Notes under the pieces: model-generated
The model's input: the letters and a program-made list of their open reading frames with translations, nothing else
Told to the model about the DNA's origin: nothing
Database searches by the model: none
Shown: positions 9,901 through 18,234 of the stretch, in pieces
How the letters are laid out: each line of letters starts with the position of its first letter
Numbering within the stretch: the stretch's first letter is position 1
Assembly (NCBI GenBank): GCA_964236955.1
Contig: CAXSGP010000083.1
Location: 1-20,980, forward strand
From: an uncultured Oligoflexus sp.
Lineage (GTDB): Bacteria > Bdellovibrionota_B > Oligoflexia > Oligoflexales > Oligoflexaceae
DNA length: 20,980 bases
Direction: 5' to 3'
Position numbers and translations under genes: made by a program

Positions 9901-10225
9901 CGAGGTCTTCACGTGTGACCGGCTCTAAGCCGGATTTTTCGGCCTGAATCCGGTAGGGGCCTCCTACCCGAAGGCCGGTAAAGGCAAATTGACCGTTGGC
10001 TGTCGTTGCCGCTTCTTTTTTCATCTGAGAGGCTGGAAATTCCAAAGTCACGTGCGCATCGACTACTGGATGGCCTTCGGCGTCCAAGACCGTTCCGCGC
10101 AGATTCGCAGTGGTGACCTGAGCCCAGAGACTCGTTCCCGGGCTGAAAAATAAAGCTAACCCTATAATAATCCAGATCCTCAGGGTGAGCGGGATAGCGA
10201 AGCGAATACCTGCATTTCGTCTCAT
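6998..10225 (-). CDS. Oar-like TonB-dependent receptor with N-terminal carboxypeptidase-regulatory-like domain
   Basis: Signal peptide ending SLWA-Q, 'LRGTVLD..G.F.FTGLRVGGPY', plug 'NSITIDG..DDSFGL', 'GGNVNVVTKSGTNEF', 'LYLQDEW', C-terminal Phe. Start placed at ATG 10225 (AAGGA RBS). Confidence 0.92.
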   Translation of the reverse strand: MRRNAGIRFAIPLTLRIWIIIGLALFFSPGTSLWAQVTTANLRGTVLDAEGHPVVDAHVTLEFPASQMKKEAATTANGQFAFTGLRVGGPYRIQAEKSGLEPVTREDLALTAGNNEAITLSLGKVEVMKIVGQKQSVTSQKNMFFAGDIAKAPAANQDLREIIKQAPDAVFDNGRLTIGGSNNRFNSITIDGMRQDDSFGLNLNGYPTQRSPISLMSVQEISLEKSPFDVRYGNFLGGNVNVVTKSGTNEFESTVMTSYSSDKLTGKKSKHQKLGSKFTENRIGFSLGGPIIQDKFHFFLTAEGLDQIKPSTAGPRGSGQPVLTDKVSLDDVARIQDISKRIYGFNAGTYSKTLREEDRKFLLKLDYKINEAHRLEAKYQYAGGNVVSDQTANSSNLPLTSNWFDKSDTMHTGSLRLYSDWTDALSTKLEISSKKVKTEQVPLNGNGFMQAEVKNSKSVSPADVQQAGTIFLGPDRSRHANELRNSTNSYGAELSYLADSHLVTTGVQVETVDVFNLFLQDANGRAFYDTIDNFENKSPSRLNYQNAVTNNKDDAAAKWNYGVSTLYLQDEWQLNPALTVRAGVRAEFYDASGKTGRNEFFVKRYGYSNTSDLSGRRTFLPRLGVAYKAAPKLNLHGGLGLFSGGTPNVWVSNTYTNDGVSVDDVSSNDQNLINGFDGRNVPNGIKSQLKAGDGNVDAMDPDFKIPQSYKFQAGLDYKFDIPSLIDDVGLEFNYSYTKTRYGVNWKDLRRNNASIGALGQNLPKAIAPDGRAIYDTSPSVTTGQEFDVNRGYDLLLTNTDKGYGHNASVSLDKNFKTGFNVRSSYAWQDVQEVSPATSSTSSSNYSNIAIKKDPNDPEANRSIYERKHRILLSAGYETNFWSDLASSVNVFYERRSGQPYSFTMGGDRNVLARMYGESAAFSGANRMLFYVPKGDGSDVRLESDATKGAISQEAMDAFINKHHLGKYRGQTAPRNAFFSDWIQEVNLRLAQELPGYGEKGKARLVFDVQNLPNLLDKNWGQAKQANFPFMNSVANVNYEANTNRYVYSNLRATDVQSVRTLDSVWKLQIAAYYDF

Positions 10226-10776
10226 TTTTACGTGTTCCTTTCGTCTTCGGCCAAGCGATGGAAAGGTATACGACTTCCCGTCACCGAAGAAAACGAAATA
10301 GTTTAGGGTACGACGATTGCAAAGATCCGGTAAAGATACAGAACTTGACAATTGACTGAAAATGGCAAAATCGAGGTTAAGCGGAGTCGCTATGAGGCGA
10401 AGCTATAAGCAATCGAGCTTTTTGATTTTTGATGAACAGTATTTGATAAAATTTGGTGCCGCATAACCAGTGCCTGGGATTGGAAGAGCGGGCCGTTGTC
10501 AGGGAAAGAGGGCTTTTTTTATTGACCAGGGACTTAACCCGGGAGTTTTATAAGAAGATCCTGACAGGGCTGTTGAATGGCGGAAAAACTTTTGATAAAT
10601 TTTACCCTTTATAAAGGCAGTCCTTGCTGTCCATGCCGTTGAATTGAAAAACCAGGATTGATTGCTTTACAATTGTTTGCTTAAACCCCAAGATGAGAGC
10701 AAGCGATTATTAAGCCGCCCCCTTCCCTCTAAGCTTGTCACCGCAGTCGAAACATTTCCATGGAAGAGATAGCGCC

Positions 10777-11898
10777 ATGCTACTGACTGAATTCATCTAT
10801 AAGAGTCATCATACTATTATTGAAGATTGGGTCGAATTTGCGAAGACGCTTCTTCCCTGGGCTAAGGGAATGGACGATGTGAGCCTTCGGGACCACGCGG
10901 AAGAACTTCTAACAGCAGTCGTGGAGGATATGAATTCTCCACAAACAGTCTCGGAGCAATCAGAAAAATCCAAAGGTAAAGCGATCGATGGAGCCCTGGC
11001 AAAAATTGGCCAAAAACATGCCTCGGATCGACTTGAAACAGGAATCACTCTCGACCAGCTTGTTTCGGAGTTTCGAGCCTTGCGGGCCAGCGTCCTTCGT
11101 CATTGGGAGGAGACCCAAACCGATCTCAATGGAGAAGTAACCCGTTTCAATGAGGCGATTGACGAAACACTCACCGAGTCCACGGCGCGCTACTCCGAGA
11201 TTGTGAATTCGACCCGTGAACAATTTCTTGGAATCCTGGGCCACGATTTGCGTAACCCAATAGGCGCCATCCTTATGGGTGCCGGCCTTTTACTGGAATC
11301 CAAAGATCTGGAAAGTGCTGAAATCGCCAGGAGCATTGTTAATAGCGCTGAACGCATGAGCCGGATGGTTAACGATTTGTTGGATCTCACGCGGACCCGG
11401 CTTGGATCAGGGATACCGGTCTGCATTAGACCCACGGATCTTGTTACGATATGTGAACAGATTGTAGCCGAACTGCAGGCTATGCATCCTAAGGTCAGAC
11501 TTCAATTTAAATCCAAAGGTAGGCTCGATGGAAACTGGGATAGCGATAGGCTGGCTCAGGCTCTATCGAACCTGATCGGCAATGCAATTCAATATGGAGA
11601 CATCGATAAACCGATAACTATCGTGGCCGAGGATAAGGTTGATGGCATCACAATCGTGGTGCATAACGAAGGCGTAAAAATTCCCGAAAGCGCCATGAAG
11701 ACTATTTTCGCTCCCATGGCCCGGCATATGCCTGGCGGTCAGAAGATCGATAAAAATTTAACAGGCCTCGGCCTTGGGCTTTATATAGCGAAAGAAATTG
11801 TTGTCGCTCATGGCGGGACCGTGGAGGTAACATCCTCGGATAGGGATGGTACCTCTTTTCTGATCAGTCTACCCCGCCGTTCCCTGCCGAATCCTTAG
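10777..11898 (+). CDS. Cytoplasmic sensor histidine kinase (RsbRD_N-like globin-fold N-domain, HisKA, HATPase)
   Basis: H-box LGHDLRNP, N-box LSNLIGNAIQYG, G2 GLGLGLYIAKEIVVAHGG. N-domain 'LRDH', 'HASDR', 'EFRALRASVL'. No TM helix. Start at ATG 10777 (MLLTEFI). Confidence 0.92.
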   Translation: MLLTEFIYKSHHTIIEDWVEFAKTLLPWAKGMDDVSLRDHAEELLTAVVEDMNSPQTVSEQSEKSKGKAIDGALAKIGQKHASDRLETGITLDQLVSEFRALRASVLRHWEETQTDLNGEVTRFNEAIDETLTESTARYSEIVNSTREQFLGILGHDLRNPIGAILMGAGLLLESKDLESAEIARSIVNSAERMSRMVNDLLDLTRTRLGSGIPVCIRPTDLVTICEQIVAELQAMHPKVRLQFKSKGRLDGNWDSDRLAQALSNLIGNAIQYGDIDKPITIVAEDKVDGITIVVHNEGVKIPESAMKTIFAPMARHMPGGQKIDKNLTGLGLGLYIAKEIVVAHGGTVEVTSSDRDGTSFLISLPRRSLPNP

Positions 11899-12039
11899 TT
11901 CTCAACCGCTGAAGATCCCGAAAAGCCTGCTTAAACTCACAATTTCAGGATTTTTTGCCTAGTACCGGGGGTCGCGGAACCGAGCCTTCAAAATCGCCTA
12001 GGCAGGGCCGGATGGTTGGGGACCATTTGTAATGATCCG

Positions 12040-15000
12040 TTAGTGATGAATAACCGCTTCAGGCCCACTGTTTTTAAATAGTGTCGAGAGGTTGGCGAAG
12101 ACTTCAGAGAACAGCTCTGCCGCTGGACCATCCGCCTCAATTCGAATCCTGCCATTTGCCGTCCGATCGATACTTACCGAACGCATCAGGGATATTAAGA
12201 TTTCCTTCGTATCCTTCCATTCAGGCGCCTGCGCTATCATTGCAGGCAAAGGTGGGCCGTTTTCTGCCTCCGCTTTCGGACTGACAGATGTCGCCGTGTC
12301 CGCAGCATCCTCGATCAAACCCGCAGGGATTTCCTCCGAATTCAACTCAGCATCAAGGTCTTGAGCATCCAAGATCGTCTCCGAGCTAGCGAAGGTCGTC
12401 ACGGCGGCTTTAATCTGATTCATAAAGCTCGTCGATTGGTCAAACAAAACCTCGTCCTTTCCCTCATCGAGCAAAGCGCTGAATACGGCTCTTTTATTGG
12501 CGATGAGTTCCGTGATACGTGCTTCGATCGTGTTTTGAGTCACCAGATTGAAGACCTGGATGTTCTCGCTCTGGCCTATTCGATGAATCCTAGCAATCCT
12601 TTGTTCAAGGACAGCGGGGTTCCAAGGTAGCTCGAAGTTTATGCATACAGATGCAGCTCTCTGAAGGTTCAATCCAACCCCTCCGGCATCCGTTGCGAAG
12701 AAGACCCTGACCCTTGGCTCGTCATGAAACCTGACGATGTTTTCGGTCCGACGCGCTTGGTTCTCAGCGCCCGTGAAAAAGACCGACTCGGCTCCCTGCA
12801 ATTGAAGCAGATCGGAAATCGCCCAGTGAGCGAGACGCAAGGCCTTGCGCCATTGACTGAAAACTACGATCTTTAATTCTGGTTGAGAAAGCAAACCTTC
12901 GATCAGATTGCGAAATATCCCTAGCTTAGGCGAGTACAACTCTTTCAAGATCTTTTCAGTCGGCGATTTTTTTGCAATGGTCTCCCAATACCCCTCAAAT
13001 TCATACTGGGCCAATCCGTTTGAAACGATTCGCATTTTGGTAAGACTGCTCATGAGCCGCAGATGCTGCTCTGGGGTCAGTGGTCTTTTTTCTGCAATCG
13101 CCATAAGCTGCGAGACTATCGCTGCCAAATCCCGATGGACTAGCAGCTGTTCTTCCGTAGGATCGACGAGTATCAGCGAATCCGTCCTATCCGGCAATTG
13201 GCTCAGGACTTCCTTCCGAGTCCTTCGTAAGAAATACGGTTCAATACGTTCACGAATGAGATTTAATCCGCGGACGCTTTTATGCCCTCTTCCATGTTCG
13301 CTACTAACGGTAGTTTCGGCATTGAGCCTCCAATGAGGACCGAACGCATGGCTATCAATCCAGTCCATGAGCGAGGCGAATTCACTGAGACGATTTTCCA
13401 TGGGAGTCCCGGTCAATATAAGACGGAAAGGCGGTTTCAATCGCTTAATGGTTTGAGCGGTTTGGGTTGCGAAATTTTTTATACGCTGCGCTTCATCAAG
13501 GATCACCGCATCGAATTCATGGCGAGGAAAATTGTCAAAGTCTCGTGTCACCAGTTCGTAATTGATCAGGAGAACGGGAGCCTCGCTTGCATAAATAGCC
13601 TCGCGTTCGAATGCTGTGCCATCCACTATTTTCACGTTCCGGCCAGAGACGAGAGACCATTCCCTCCGCCATTGGCTCTTAAGCGAAGCGGGACAGATGA
13701 CAGCCACGCGTTTGACAATTCCGGCATTGAGCAGGCATTCCGCCCAAGCTATGCCCTGAGTGGTCTTGCCGAGACCCATATCATCGCCCAAAAGGAATCG
13801 CCCGCAACGCAAGGCGCTTAGAACCCCTTCTCGCTGATAGGGATAGAGTTTGAGCGGCAGCGAATCGATGATGGATTCGAATGACGCCGAATGGTCGGCA
13901 TAAGCGGCTCGCCAGCGCACTCGATCGATTTCGCGATGAATCATTCCAGGCACGGCCGGATCGAGAGTAAGGTTTCGGCTTTTCCCAATTTGATCGTTAA
14001 GCCGATTCAATAGAGTCAGCCGCTCCATCGGACTTTGCGATTCTATAGGCGCAAGTTGCCAACATGCGCCGTTTTGCCTTGAGAATAATTCAATAAGACT
14101 CTTGGGCGGATAACGGCGTCCCCGCGCCGCCGCTACAAAATAAAGCCCATCCAATGAATCTTCGACTTTTTTGAGCCCCAAAGGTGGTGCCCAAAGCAGT
14201 CTCGCTCCTGTCAGCGATTGGATCGAATGCATGAGCTGCTTTTCAAGCCTAGGCTTAGCAAAGTTCTCATGGTAAACGGCGGCGATATGTTTGCAGAAGC
14301 TCAAGGTATTCTTAGCAAAATCAGGACAGGAACAACTGCCCTTGAGGCCAGGACTTCCCCAGATAAGAATTTCGTAGGGGCGAAGTTTCTCGCGAAATCG
14401 CCGAACTCTATAGATTCCGTAAAGCCCGCTTTCCGGACGGGCTCCAATGCGGAGTCGTTCCTTCTCAACTACGGCGATTCGTGATAGGAGTGCCTCGAGG
14501 GCTGATTGCAGTAGAATAAAGTCCCCAGAGGAATACTTGCTCATAAGGTGATCCAGAACGAATTCAACTGGTATCTTAGCGGTTCGCTCAAGGGCGATCT
14601 CTCTGAGAACCCGATAAGCCTCAAGATCGAAACAGCCTTGATCTTTGCTTGATGCTGAATCTAATATTTCATCTTCAATAGTGATTTTAAATCGAAAACT
14701 GTCGTCAAGCCACGACGGGAGGGTCGACAGAATGAGCTGCCTTTGCTTACTGCGTTTTTTACTCCTAAGTATGGTTATGAACTTCAGCAAAATGGCCAGT
14801 ACATCTGTTTCCAGTAGTATAGAATCGGCAAGGATGTGACCTTCGGGGAGTAGGATTAGGGTGGCATCGATCTTAGCTTTATTATTCTTATAGAGGCTCG
14901 CGTGTAGCATTCCGGTTGGATCGATAGAATCAATGATGACTCCGCCGTCGGCAAGCAGACGTTGAGCAGGGGACAGATTTTTGCGTCTGAATCGATCCCA

Positions 15001-15114
15001 TAACATCTTAGCATCTCGCGAACTTGACGAGAGCTGCATAGATTGAAAATTCAATGAACTCGAAAATTCAGGGCTTTCGTTTTCTTTGTCTGTCACTATA
15101 CGCTTTTTCAACAA
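12040..15114 (-). CDS. SWIM zinc finger + SNF2 (SF2) ATPase/helicase
   Basis: SWIM CSCPDF..CKH. Motifs I DDMGLGKT, II DEAQ, III TGTPMEN, IV FSQW, V AGGVGLNL, VI WNP..EQRIARIHRIGQ. TTG start with strong AAGGAGG RBS. Confidence 0.95.
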   Translation of the reverse strand: MLKKRIVTDKENESPEFSSSLNFQSMQLSSSSRDAKMLWDRFRRKNLSPAQRLLADGGVIIDSIDPTGMLHASLYKNNKAKIDATLILLPEGHILADSILLETDVLAILLKFITILRSKKRSKQRQLILSTLPSWLDDSFRFKITIEDEILDSASSKDQGCFDLEAYRVLREIALERTAKIPVEFVLDHLMSKYSSGDFILLQSALEALLSRIAVVEKERLRIGARPESGLYGIYRVRRFREKLRPYEILIWGSPGLKGSCSCPDFAKNTLSFCKHIAAVYHENFAKPRLEKQLMHSIQSLTGARLLWAPPLGLKKVEDSLDGLYFVAAARGRRYPPKSLIELFSRQNGACWQLAPIESQSPMERLTLLNRLNDQIGKSRNLTLDPAVPGMIHREIDRVRWRAAYADHSASFESIIDSLPLKLYPYQREGVLSALRCGRFLLGDDMGLGKTTQGIAWAECLLNAGIVKRVAVICPASLKSQWRREWSLVSGRNVKIVDGTAFEREAIYASEAPVLLINYELVTRDFDNFPRHEFDAVILDEAQRIKNFATQTAQTIKRLKPPFRLILTGTPMENRLSEFASLMDWIDSHAFGPHWRLNAETTVSSEHGRGHKSVRGLNLIRERIEPYFLRRTRKEVLSQLPDRTDSLILVDPTEEQLLVHRDLAAIVSQLMAIAEKRPLTPEQHLRLMSSLTKMRIVSNGLAQYEFEGYWETIAKKSPTEKILKELYSPKLGIFRNLIEGLLSQPELKIVVFSQWRKALRLAHWAISDLLQLQGAESVFFTGAENQARRTENIVRFHDEPRVRVFFATDAGGVGLNLQRAASVCINFELPWNPAVLEQRIARIHRIGQSENIQVFNLVTQNTIEARITELIANKRAVFSALLDEGKDEVLFDQSTSFMNQIKAAVTTFASSETILDAQDLDAELNSEEIPAGLIEDAADTATSVSPKAEAENGPPLPAMIAQAPEWKDTKEILISLMRSVSIDRTANGRIRIEADGPAAELFSEVFANLSTLFKNSGPEAVIHH

Positions 15115-15189
15115 GTCCTCCTTTGGGAAATGGGATAGAACCTAATTAAGGGGTCTTGACCCAAGCTGGATACGTAAATTTGGGTCTTG

Positions 15190-15921
15190 TCATTTATCCT
15201 GATAACCATGGGACGGACGCATGCCTTGCAGAAGGTCGTGGAAGCTGTACTCCTTTCGTCCAAGCCAATGCTGGATGGCGATCGTCTCTCTCATCTTCAA
15301 ACACATCTCCATATGCCCGATTCCTTCCTCGTAGAAGGCCACTGGCAGCCGCTCGATCTCAGGGAGTGGTTTCTTCGACTCCTTTTCGCTCCACTCCATG
15401 AGCAGTCTTTGTTTTCGCTCGACGCTTATCTCCATCGAGGCGATCATCAGAAGTCGATTTTCTGCTACGTCCGCTTTATTCCTCGGACTCAGCTGACGAT
15501 CAAAGCATTGAGTGTGAATAGCAGCATTGTTGACCTGTTGATCAAAGAGCCTGTTGAGGACCTCAATATCTTCAATCTCAAACAGGGAGCGCCCTAGGTG
15601 CTCGTCGAAAAAAAGCACCCCCTTGACAGCCCGATCGAAAGAATTGACGTCCACATAAGCTGTATGCTCACCTTTCAGGTAAATTCGGCCCAGGATGATG
15701 GGACATCGCTCGGGAGGAATCTTTTCATAAGGGACTTTTAGGCCAAGTCCTCGTGACTCATGCTCATAAAGCCAATCCCAGCATTGCCGGCTTGAGTCGA
15801 AACTGATGCAACGCATACGGGAGAAAGCTCGGAGCAACCGGGCCTTATCACTCATTTTGAAGTGGAGCCGAGCAAGCATGTAGTTCTCACCCGTCATGGT
15901 ATTCAAGAGGGGTCGCTTCAT
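15190..15921 (-). CDS. Conserved hypothetical protein, co-directional with the SNF2 gene
   Basis: 243-aa globular-looking ORF from ATG 15921 (AGGA upstream). Motifs TMTGE, WxWLY, PIILG, SFDRA...FFD, ERLP..FYEEG, HW.G. No named domain recognised. Confidence 0.75.
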   Translation of the reverse strand: MKRPLLNTMTGENYMLARLHFKMSDKARLLRAFSRMRCISFDSSRQCWDWLYEHESRGLGLKVPYEKIPPERCPIILGRIYLKGEHTAYVDVNSFDRAVKGVLFFDEHLGRSLFEIEDIEVLNRLFDQQVNNAAIHTQCFDRQLSPRNKADVAENRLLMIASMEISVERKQRLLMEWSEKESKKPLPEIERLPVAFYEEGIGHMEMCLKMRETIAIQHWLGRKEYSFHDLLQGMRPSHGYQDK

Positions 15922-16077
15922 CACTTTAATCCTAGATAGGTGTTTTCCCAGGGTTATATGCAAGCACGTCAAGCGTGAGGCTCGTGTACTCAAGAAATAA
16001 GAGAGACTTTACCCCTTAAGAGGGAGCTGAAGCAAGCGCCGGTTAGCCAGTTTACAGGCGGCTTCGCCGGAATACAC

Positions 16078-17208
16078 TTATGTCAAAAAACTCGCTTTTT
16101 TTCTACAAAATTTCAAACTCTTCAGCTCCTTCCAGCGAGCAAAGTTCGCATGATGTTTCGACTGATCCTGCGACTTAAAATGAAGGTCAGCGCAAGTGAG
16201 GACTTCTTCTATAAGCTCTGATACATCGGCATGCGTCAGTAGCGATGAAAAGAAGGTCCTAGATCGGCTCGATCGCCGGGTGAGGTAAGGCCCGAGCATA
16301 GCACGCATTTCAATCCCGTAATTGTAGATTGCGGCTTCCAAAGGGTCTCTTGGCTTTCGTGCTCGCCCCTTTAGTACGATTTCTATCCCCAGGGGGTTGT
16401 TAAATGCAGCAAACAAAAAGTTCGTGCGGGCGTCAAGCAGTTTGCCTTGCTCAAACTGACTAAATGCCGCAATGAGAGCCATCATTGGCATCATATTAAA
16501 TATTTTTAATGCGTTCTCCTCAGCTTGGGACCACTTTTCGGTATTAAGAAAGACCGCAGCCCTATGACTGGTTGCTGATATGTAATCGTTGCATTCCTTT
16601 TCAAGCGTGTCGCAGATCATCAAGACTTCTTCATAGGATTCGCTGCGTATCAGAGCCAGCCCCAGATTCTGAAGGCCGCGCATATAAGGGCGGGTGTTAA
16701 GATCGCGCCAAAATAGATCCTTACGGATACGTTTTGGGAACATTTTGCGACCAAGCCTAGCGGTCTTACGGAAATGCTCGATGGAAGCAGCAAGCTCGCC
16801 ACATTCCAAGTGAATGAGTCCGAGATAGTTATGGCCCTCGGCATAGTTTGGAAAACTGTCGGTTAGGAGTTTAAATGCGGCCTTTGCTCCCTCATAATTC
16901 CCGTTCCTATACATATCGGACGCCATTTCTTCGACATCGACATTGACGGATTGCATCCCGCGCATGCTCTGGCGCCAATAGAATTCATTGTCGCCGTTGT
17001 ATTTGTCCTCATGGGTATCGATAAGCTTAAGTTTCATATCGAGGAGCCTGCCCAGAAATTCAAGCTCCTGCTTATGCTCTTGCAACAGCCTCGCCGATGA
17101 CAGCAGCGATTTTGGTTCTGTTTGCACAAGCTCCCGCGTGAAGGCATGCAGGCCATCTTTGAATTTTTTAACGAGGCGTTGCTCTCGGTATTCGGCAATG
17201 CAAGTCAT
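16078..17208 (-). CDS. TPR-containing protein (ST7-like 'W...TRPYMR' type); start uncertain
   Basis: TPR 'GNYEGAKAAF..L...PNYAEGHNYLGLIHLECGELAASIEHF' followed by FWRDLNTRPYMRGL. 5' end abuts or overlaps the opposite-strand HTH fragment. Confidence 0.8.
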   Translation of the reverse strand: MTCIAEYREQRLVKKFKDGLHAFTRELVQTEPKSLLSSARLLQEHKQELEFLGRLLDMKLKLIDTHEDKYNGDNEFYWRQSMRGMQSVNVDVEEMASDMYRNGNYEGAKAAFKLLTDSFPNYAEGHNYLGLIHLECGELAASIEHFRKTARLGRKMFPKRIRKDLFWRDLNTRPYMRGLQNLGLALIRSESYEEVLMICDTLEKECNDYISATSHRAAVFLNTEKWSQAEENALKIFNMMPMMALIAAFSQFEQGKLLDARTNFLFAAFNNPLGIEIVLKGRARKPRDPLEAAIYNYGIEMRAMLGPYLTRRSSRSRTFFSSLLTHADVSELIEEVLTCADLHFKSQDQSKHHANFARWKELKSLKFCRKKASFLT

Positions 17209-17490
17209 ATTCGCTTTGCCCGCTCTTTTGCTGGGCTGAGTCAAACGGAAATTGCTAACGAACTTGATCTTCGCAAAGAAGCAATGTCACGTTATGAATC
17301 TCGAAAAGAACCTCAACCTATGCAGCCTGGTGAACAAGTACGTTTTAAGTTACTGCTGATATCAAAGTTAGGCTTCGATATTCCCAGGGATGCGCAGCTT
17401 TGGAAAGCAGACAAGGCAAGTCTTTTAACTGCAACGGATTCTTTAGTTCGAAAAATTGATGCCAGATCATTGGCAGCGGAAGCTTCCTGA
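17197..17490 (+). pseudogene. C-terminal XRE-HTH part of an MqsA/YgiT-type antitoxin, 5'-truncated
   Basis: NASHIRFARSFAGLSQTEIANELDLRKEAMSRYES is an HTH_3 pattern. No CxxC zinc ribbon and no toxin gene upstream; the upstream codons are the antisense of the TPR gene. Confidence 0.6.
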
Positions 17491-17626
17491 ACGCTATAAA
17501 TAACCGTCAAGGATTGTGTGTGGCTGGGAACTTTACAAACCAAGATCGGTTTCGCAAAGTAGAATGGATGGGCATTTTGATACCAAAAGAGAATTCATCG
17601 AACCACGCAAGTTTTTGATATATAAA

Positions 17627-17664
17627 GAAAAACCGCAGTTCGAATCATCGAACTGCGGTTTTTC
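17627..17664 (-). terminator. Terminator of left tRNA-Ala
   Basis: GAAAAACCGCAGTTCGA-TGAT-TCGAACTGCGGTTTTTC perfect hairpin immediately after CCA. Confidence 0.9.
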
Positions 17665-17740
17665 TGGTGGAGAGTAGGAGGGTCGAACTCCTGACCTCTA
17701 GAATGCAAATCTAGCGCTCTACCAACTGAGCTAACCCCCC
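17665..17740 (-). tRNA. tRNA-Ala (anticodon TGC)
   Basis: 76-nt cloverleaf: acceptor GGGGGGT/ACTCTCC with G3:U70, anticodon arm CTAGA-TTTGCAT-TCTAG, T-arm AGGAG-TTCGACC-CTCCT, encoded CCA. Confidence 0.97.
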
Positions 17741-17983
17741 GACAGAAGGAAATAATTGCCCTAACCCGAGAATTCATGCAAGGAAAAAATCAACGGCTGG
17801 AAATTTTCCTGCATAAGGTTTTGAGGCCTGCTTATAACACGCACAGCGGGTTGAACTTTGTCGCGATTTGACCCCTAGCAATGAATCCGAACAAGGCCAA
17901 GAACTTCGCCAAAGCGACTTGCCATAAATTTTTCGTAGAAAAGGCTTGCCCGATATTTCAGATTGTTGCATAACTAAGCCTCT

Positions 17984-18059
17984 GGGGGGTTAGCTCAGTT
18001 GGTAGAGCGCTAGATTTGCATTCTAGAGGTCAGGAGTTCGACCCTCCTACTCTCCACCA
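17984..18059 (+). tRNA. tRNA-Ala (anticodon TGC), identical second copy
   Basis: Exact reverse complement of 17665-17740. Candidate -35 TTGCCC at 17946-17951. Confidence 0.97.
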
Positions 18060-18097
18060 GAAAAACCGCAGTTCGACGATTCGGACTGCGGTTTTTT
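18060..18097 (+). terminator. Terminator of right tRNA-Ala
   Basis: GAAAAACCGCAGTTCGA-CGAT-TCGGACTGCGGTTTTTT; two substitutions versus the left copy. Confidence 0.9.
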
Positions 18098-18234
18098 CTC
18101 TTCCTATCGCAAATTTTCGTCTCTCAAATCGGGTACGATGAGATTAGTTCGATGAGTCGGCGCTTTTCTTCCAAATTTTACCGCAAAGTAAGCGTCCGCA
18201 CGAGCTTCATGCTCGTTACTTTCTCTTTGGAAGT

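Larger units (their letters stand above)
17628..18096. repeat. 113-bp inverted repeat (17628-17740 / 17984-18096) around a 243-bp spacer
   Basis: tRNA plus terminator duplicated in opposite orientation; 2 mismatches, both in the terminator. Confidence 0.93.

Noticed and set aside
10226..10776. Cobalamin riboswitch or Pho box upstream of the TonB receptor
   Set aside because: No B12-box consensus; the TGTCA-like repeats have 10-bp rather than 11-bp period.
11899..12039. attR copy of the tRNA 3' end marking the island boundary
   Set aside because: No match to CTCTCCACCA or its complement; only a 7-bp inverted repeat (TGCCTAG/CTAGGCA).
15146..16019. 9-bp inverted repeat TTAAGGGGT/ACCCCTTAA flanking the hypothetical gene
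   Set aside because: Short enough to be chance; no transposase or target duplication.
17595..17971. ORFs 17595-17777 and 17774-17971
   Set aside because: They overlap the tRNA gene and its promoter spacer; spurious.
18168..18233. Nested hairpin considered as an integron attC site
   Set aside because: Lacks RYYYAAC/GTTRRRY ends, is single-copy, and no integrase is present.
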